A stretch of DNA of 63,171 nucleotides, filler included, from Aduncisulcus paluster (Eukaryota), in the NCBI GenBank assembly GCA_024181965.1. It is 26 parts of 26 records of this genome, joined end to end, with 100 filler letters (N's around TTAATTAATTAA, not from the genome) between each part and the next. Parts side by side here need not be neighbours in the genome. Positions count along the whole stretch, not along the records: positions 56,626 to 60,241 come from BQXS01012158.1; positions 60,342 to 61,977 come from BQXS01012159.1; positions 62,078 to 63,171 come from BQXS01012161.1; 23 more parts are not named here. One strand, 5' to 3'. Positions 58,579-63,171 of the stretch are shown here, piece after piece. The number at the start of each line of letters is the position of its first letter. Within the stretch, counting starts at the first letter, position 1. Both the position numbers and the translations under genes were made by a program. The notes below the pieces were generated by a model, which was given only the letters and a program-made list of their open reading frames with translations, searched no databases and was not told where the DNA came from.

Positions 58579-60240
58579 CTAAAAGATTGAATCGGGATCG
58601 TATCTTGGTGGCGGTTTCTGTTGTTTCCCGATACCATTTGCAACGGCATATATTCGTTGTGGAGTGCGTGGATAGACCAATCCTTCACGAACCACACCCT
58701 CAGGCGAAGGCAATTGTTGTCTCATTTCCTCGTGAGTGGGTGATGCTGTCTGTAGAGCGTCTCCATCGATCCCCATGAATGAACGATACATTGCACTCTG
58801 TTGCTGCTGAGTGAATGGATACGATGGACTCATCATCATATTCATCTCACCAGGTGCAAACACCACGGATGAGGTCAGCGAAGATGGTGTTGAGGATGAG
58901 GATGATGTGGATGCTATCGTGTCATGCGGAGGGTGTGACGATGATGAATGTGGAACGGATCTGGAGGATGGAGTTTTAGTGGAACTGCCACCTCCAACAG
59001 GGGTCGGTGTGTCCATCTCGATGCCACTATCCTTCATAATGATACTGCTCCCAAGCTCACCAACCGTGCTCAACAGCTTGAACTCTTTCGACCTCGAGTC
59101 CATATGCCCTCCATTCCTGTCCAAGATGCTAGAAAGATGTGGGTCTGGCATGGATGACTGCAATGGTGGTTCAACGACCAGGACTTTCTTGTCACGACGA
59201 TGGGACATTGCATCAGTATCAGCATCAGTACCATACAACGATTGAGAATGGTCACCAGATGGATATGGACGATGTGCCATTGTCATGCGAGTGGAGTCAG
59301 ATATGCCATGTATGGGATGACTTATATATCCATCCATCCCAAGGGAACTATCACCAACAGGGATGAACCCATCTCCATATCCCACTGGCCTCATGAACTG
59401 ACGATGATGGTGTCCAACCACATCACGAACGCCGTGTGTACTCCGAATGGTGGTTGGAACAGTATGCTTCAGTTCATGTGACACTCTCGAAATACTCTCA
59501 ATGCCTCCAACACCAGTCCTCAACCAGTCAACATCAGAGCCAGGCACAGAGACTGCATGCGATCCATCCATATCTCGATCTCGACCATGGGGGAGCAAAG
59601 GATCAAAGTGAACAGAAGGTCTCGCATCAATGTGCTGGTGGGGATGGGGATCGGTTCGACGGTGGTCAAACGTTGATGTTATTGTAGACCAAGTTTCACC
59701 TCCCATTAACACCTCTTGAACTTCACCATATTTAGGGAAAGAGAACTCAACAGTCTCCACTTCACTCTTCTTCTTCTTCTTCGAGTCAACATCTGCAACA
59801 ACACCAGCAGAATTAATGGGGACAGAGACGGAGGATCCATGATTTGCCTCTGCTCTTCTTTTCTCATCAGCATCAACACATTGAATGATATATTGCATGT
59901 CTTGAATATTCACCAGTCCACTGTCATCACTACCTTGCTTCGAACAGCCAACCTTATCCATGGCACTGGCAGCACCACCATACGGCAACTTCTTCGCCTG
60001 CTCTCGCTCACGCTGTTTGTCCGTGATCGTGGATACTTGTGGACCATAACTCACCCACCCGACACTACAAAAGAAGGCAGCGGGGGAAAGGGCTGCGAAA
60101 GACGAGAGTGGAGGCAGCATAGCATGTGATTCCAAGGGGTCTCCACGGAGATTCCTCTTGTGCCACTCTTTCGTCCGAGGAAGAATGTGGTCGTGTTTCA
60201 TGGACAAATCAATGCGTTGTGAAGGAGACATTACATCCAT
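58579..60240 (-). CDS. Hypothetical His/Ser/Pro-rich protein (probably 5' partial)
   Basis: 553-codon ORF reaching the contig end. Confidence 0.7.
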   Translation of the reverse strand: MDVMSPSQRIDLSMKHDHILPRTKEWHKRNLRGDPLESHAMLPPLSSFAALSPAAFFCSVGWVSYGPQVSTITDKQREREQAKKLPYGGAASAMDKVGCSKQGSDDSGLVNIQDMQYIIQCVDADEKRRAEANHGSSVSVPINSAGVVADVDSKKKKKSEVETVEFSFPKYGEVQEVLMGGETWSTITSTFDHRRTDPHPHQHIDARPSVHFDPLLPHGRDRDMDGSHAVSVPGSDVDWLRTGVGGIESISRVSHELKHTVPTTIRSTHGVRDVVGHHHRQFMRPVGYGDGFIPVGDSSLGMDGYISHPIHGISDSTRMTMAHRPYPSGDHSQSLYGTDADTDAMSHRRDKKVLVVEPPLQSSMPDPHLSSILDRNGGHMDSRSKEFKLLSTVGELGSSIIMKDSGIEMDTPTPVGGGSSTKTPSSRSVPHSSSSHPPHDTIASTSSSSSTPSSLTSSVVFAPGEMNMMMSPSYPFTQQQQSAMYRSFMGIDGDALQTASPTHEEMRQQLPSPEGVVREGLVYPRTPQRIYAVANGIGKQQKPPPRYDPDSIF

Positions 60241-60724
60241 GNNNNNNNNNNNNNNNNNNNNNNNNNNNNNNNNNNNNNNNNNNNNTTAATTAATTAANNN
60301 NNNNNNNNNNNNNNNNNNNNNNNNNNNNNNNNNNNNNNNNNCTTCAATAGATAAGATTGGAAAATTATAAAAACACATATAAACGAGTTAAATGCTGGTA
60401 AATGATAAAAACATGTTTTATTTTCATTTCCATGGCATGGTGTTAATTCTCGATATCTCAGGCTTTTGGAGAACCATCAGGACTGGATATAGTTCCATTT
60501 CACGTGTTAAGAACATTTATGAACGATTTCAATGCTATTCGATAACATGGATATATTTCCATTTCATTTCTATCCTTATCCTTGCCTTTCTGTTCATTTT
60601 CACTTGCTTTTGCTTACAATCAAAAATATCAAGAACTCGGAATACGATGGTATACATATGTCTGTATACTGTTACGAATCTAATCCCCTGATGCTTCATG
60701 GAACATGATATTTCATTCGAGTCA

Positions 60725-60935
60725 AATCCAACTCCAATTCCAATGGCAGATCATATAATAATTGGATCCCAGTCTTGATTCATGAAAATTTCTGATCATC
60801 CGACACTGAGATTTGTCGTCTTGTGTGGCTATTGTCTTTGGAATGTTGGGTATTGTTTGTCATATAACTTTTCAATGGTTAAGTGCAAGAATTCAGTCTC
60901 AATGAGCTTCTTTTCAGTCTCAATGAGCTTCTTAG
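60725..60935 (+). pseudogene. Decayed relic of the 57094 repeat-domain family
   Basis: tcaatggttaagtgcaagaat is identical to ~57755-57775; followed by a 21-bp tandem duplication. Confidence 0.45.
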
Positions 60936-61332
60936 ACTCATCTTCACGAATCATTAGCAATGGTTTCATAAGGATATACGGGACAACGACATCAAACCTT
61001 TCAGCGTGTCATATAGATCTTTATGTCTGCCAATTGGTATTCTTTTGTTTTGTTTTTATTTATTTTGTTGTTGAAAAAGCTGATTCGATATTTTTACAGA
61101 TCCATGTTATAATTGTATTAAATAATCCAATGGAAATATCAAGCAACAAGAATTTCTCCAAAAACAAAAAGATGGAAAATATAACGTCCAAAAAAAAAGA
61201 AAGAAAGAATATGAGTTCTTATTTAAGACAATAAAGCTTGCTTTTCTCACTCACTCGCTGCTCACTTGAACTGCACCATATTATATCAGATACCAATCAA
61301 TGAAATGTATTTCTAGCTTTCTTCTTATGTTC

Positions 61333-61977
61333 TTACTCAAGGCCTTCATAAGCACGTGAGAGAGCAACTCCAAATGCTTGTGCTAAAACAGATGCATCGT
61401 CTTTTGTAGCACATCCAAGATATATTCTCCCTTGCATTGAACCCATTCCTTCAAATGAACCATCTCTTGGACTTAAGATAACTTCATGCTTAAGAATCAA
61501 CACATCTGCTACATCAAGTACTCCAATCTTTCCTTCCATAGCTCCTTGAAAAGCTAGATAAGCATCTTCTTCAACTTTCACACCCTCGGAAATACTATCA
61601 GCGATTCCAGAGAGAGAAAAAGTCACAGTAAACACAGAAGAATCATCAGATCTGAGCGTACAAGCACCAAATCCAGCCAAAGACCTTATTACATCATCAT
61701 GTTGGGAGGCATTTGAGAGGAAAGAGAGTGATAGACCATGTGGAAGGTACAATAACAAAGCAGATTTCTCACGTTCTGCCTCTTCTTTCCTTCTTCTCTC
61801 TTCTTCAAGTCGACGCATCTCCTCTTCCTCTCTTCTCCTCCTCTCTTCTTCTTCAAGCTCTTTCCTTCTCCTTTCTCTTTCTTCCTCTTCAATCTGACGG
61901 CGCAGTTCTTCTTCTTCTCTCTCTCTGCGAATTCTTTCTTCCATCTCTCTTCTCTCTCTCTCTCTTCTTTCTCTTTC
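61333..61977 (-). CDS. Hypothetical protein: E/R-rich single alpha helix plus C-terminal globular domain (5' partial)
   Basis: ORF open to the contig end. Confidence 0.7.
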   Translation of the reverse strand, partial: ERERRERERREMEERIRREREEEELRRQIEEEERERRRKELEEEERRRREEEEMRRLEEERRRKEEAEREKSALLLYLPHGLSLSFLSNASQHDDVIRSLAGFGACTLRSDDSSVFTVTFSLSGIADSISEGVKVEEDAYLAFQGAMEGKIGVLDVADVLILKHEVILSPRDGSFEGMGSMQGRIYLGCATKDDASVLAQAFGVALSRAYEGLE

Positions 61978-62177
61978 NNNNNNNNNNNNNNNNNNNNNNN
62001 NNNNNNNNNNNNNNNNNNNNNTTAATTAATTAANNNNNNNNNNNNNNNNNNNNNNNNNNNNNNNNNNNNNNNNNNNNAAGCACCAAAAAGCTTCATCAAC
62101 ATATAAAATGATGTTCATCGAACTTGATAGATATTGCGCCTTAACTCGTGTGATATCCGCTTTATCAAATTCCTCGT

Positions 62178-63171
62178 TTACATAATATCTTGGATCCTCG
62201 TGTCTCTTTCCTTGAGGGAATCAATGGAAAACTTCTGCGAAGAAGAAAGGATGGGAAGGGGACGAATAACATACCACTTTGAGTCGACCATAAAGACAGG
62301 TCGACCGGTAATCTTCGGCAGACACTTACGAAACTCGCGAGTTAGGAAGACGTGTAACTCCTCAAGACTACGCAAGCTTACGGGTCTCTTTCAGGAACAG
62401 GTAAACATCATCAAAGGAAAAATCACTACAAAGAAGGTCCTGAAAGAGCGGAAAGACAGTGGGATCAGCTACCGAACGGAGTCGGTTAGAGGACGCAATA
62501 GTGGCCTTAAGAGGCAGAAAGTCGGAGACATTTACACTTGATGAATAACTGCCTTGCTTGAATGCCCGATTCCTGCCCATGTGAGCTCGTCCGGCATCAC
62601 CGTAGGCAATCAGAAGTTTCTTTTTCTCGTGCAGGTCATAATATTTTCCATAGCTTCGAAGCACATATGGATGGCTCCCCGAAGTGAAGTTGGAGATGGC
62701 AGAATGGGTGTCCGAATACGCAATCGATATATTTCCAGATATCTCTTTCATAATGCATGTTGCAATGTCAACCAAAATCTGGCGAAGACCAACAAAATAC
62801 ACGCCAAACTTGGGGCGTACATCACACTCAAGCTCTCTCTGGTCGAGGACTAAAGCTTCATCGATGTACAAAATCACGTTCCTTTCGGTGTTCTGGACAC
62901 GAATGTCGGGTGCTTCTTCTGATTCAGATGTCAACTCCTTTTCGAATTCAGCATTAACATAATAAGCCAGACGGGCCAATATGCTCCCGAAACGCATTAC
63001 AAAGGAATTTTTTCGAATTATGGTGCCAAAGCTTTGGCGTCTAAATACGGAAGAACATACTAATTCTGAAAGTGAATCCCAATGACGAAGGAGCTGCTTA
63101 AATCGGAGTTCATATCCTTCCAGCGAGTCATCCTTCACCATTGGGATTTTTTCATTTAGCTTGTTTATCTC
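62178..63171 (-). pseudogene. Crinkler-associated NTPase-like ORF, frameshifted near 62375
   Basis: Walker-B-like VILYIDEA, SDTHSAISNF, FPLF, then TGRP in the shifted frame. Confidence 0.4.

Overview
This is not one continuous locus. It is 26 short, AT-rich eukaryotic contigs joined by an artificial 100-bp linker (N44-TTAATTAATTAA-N44, stops in all six frames), so adjacency across linkers means nothing. The genes are long, intron-poor and full of microsatellite-derived poly-Ser/Glu/Lys tracts. Expanded LRR/EGF, DLG-kinase and two-domain repeat families suggest a free-living fornicate protist such as Aduncisulcus; this is an inference. Recognisable genes are TRM1, an SNM1/DCLRE1 beta-CASP nuclease, a REX1-like DEDD exonuclease, Spc25, a C11orf65/MFI-like IQ protein, a ZC2HC1-like zinc-finger protein, a putative Sfi1-repeat protein, LRR/EGF proteins and four kinase genes or fragments. 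Mobile DNA is abundant: a Plavaka/CMC transposase, a Harbinger-like element end, an LTR gag and integrase, a hAT-like element and a Helitron Rep. The most notable observations are: (1) two kinase paralogs built from near-identical framework blocks alternating with sharply bounded hypervariable blocks; (2) an unidentified ~240-nt structured RNA candidate beginning ACTTAC; (3) nested LTR/hAT/CMC insertions; (4) in-frame stops at gene junctions, one removable by a 15-nt GT-AG segment. All family calls come from motif recognition by eye; no searches were run.
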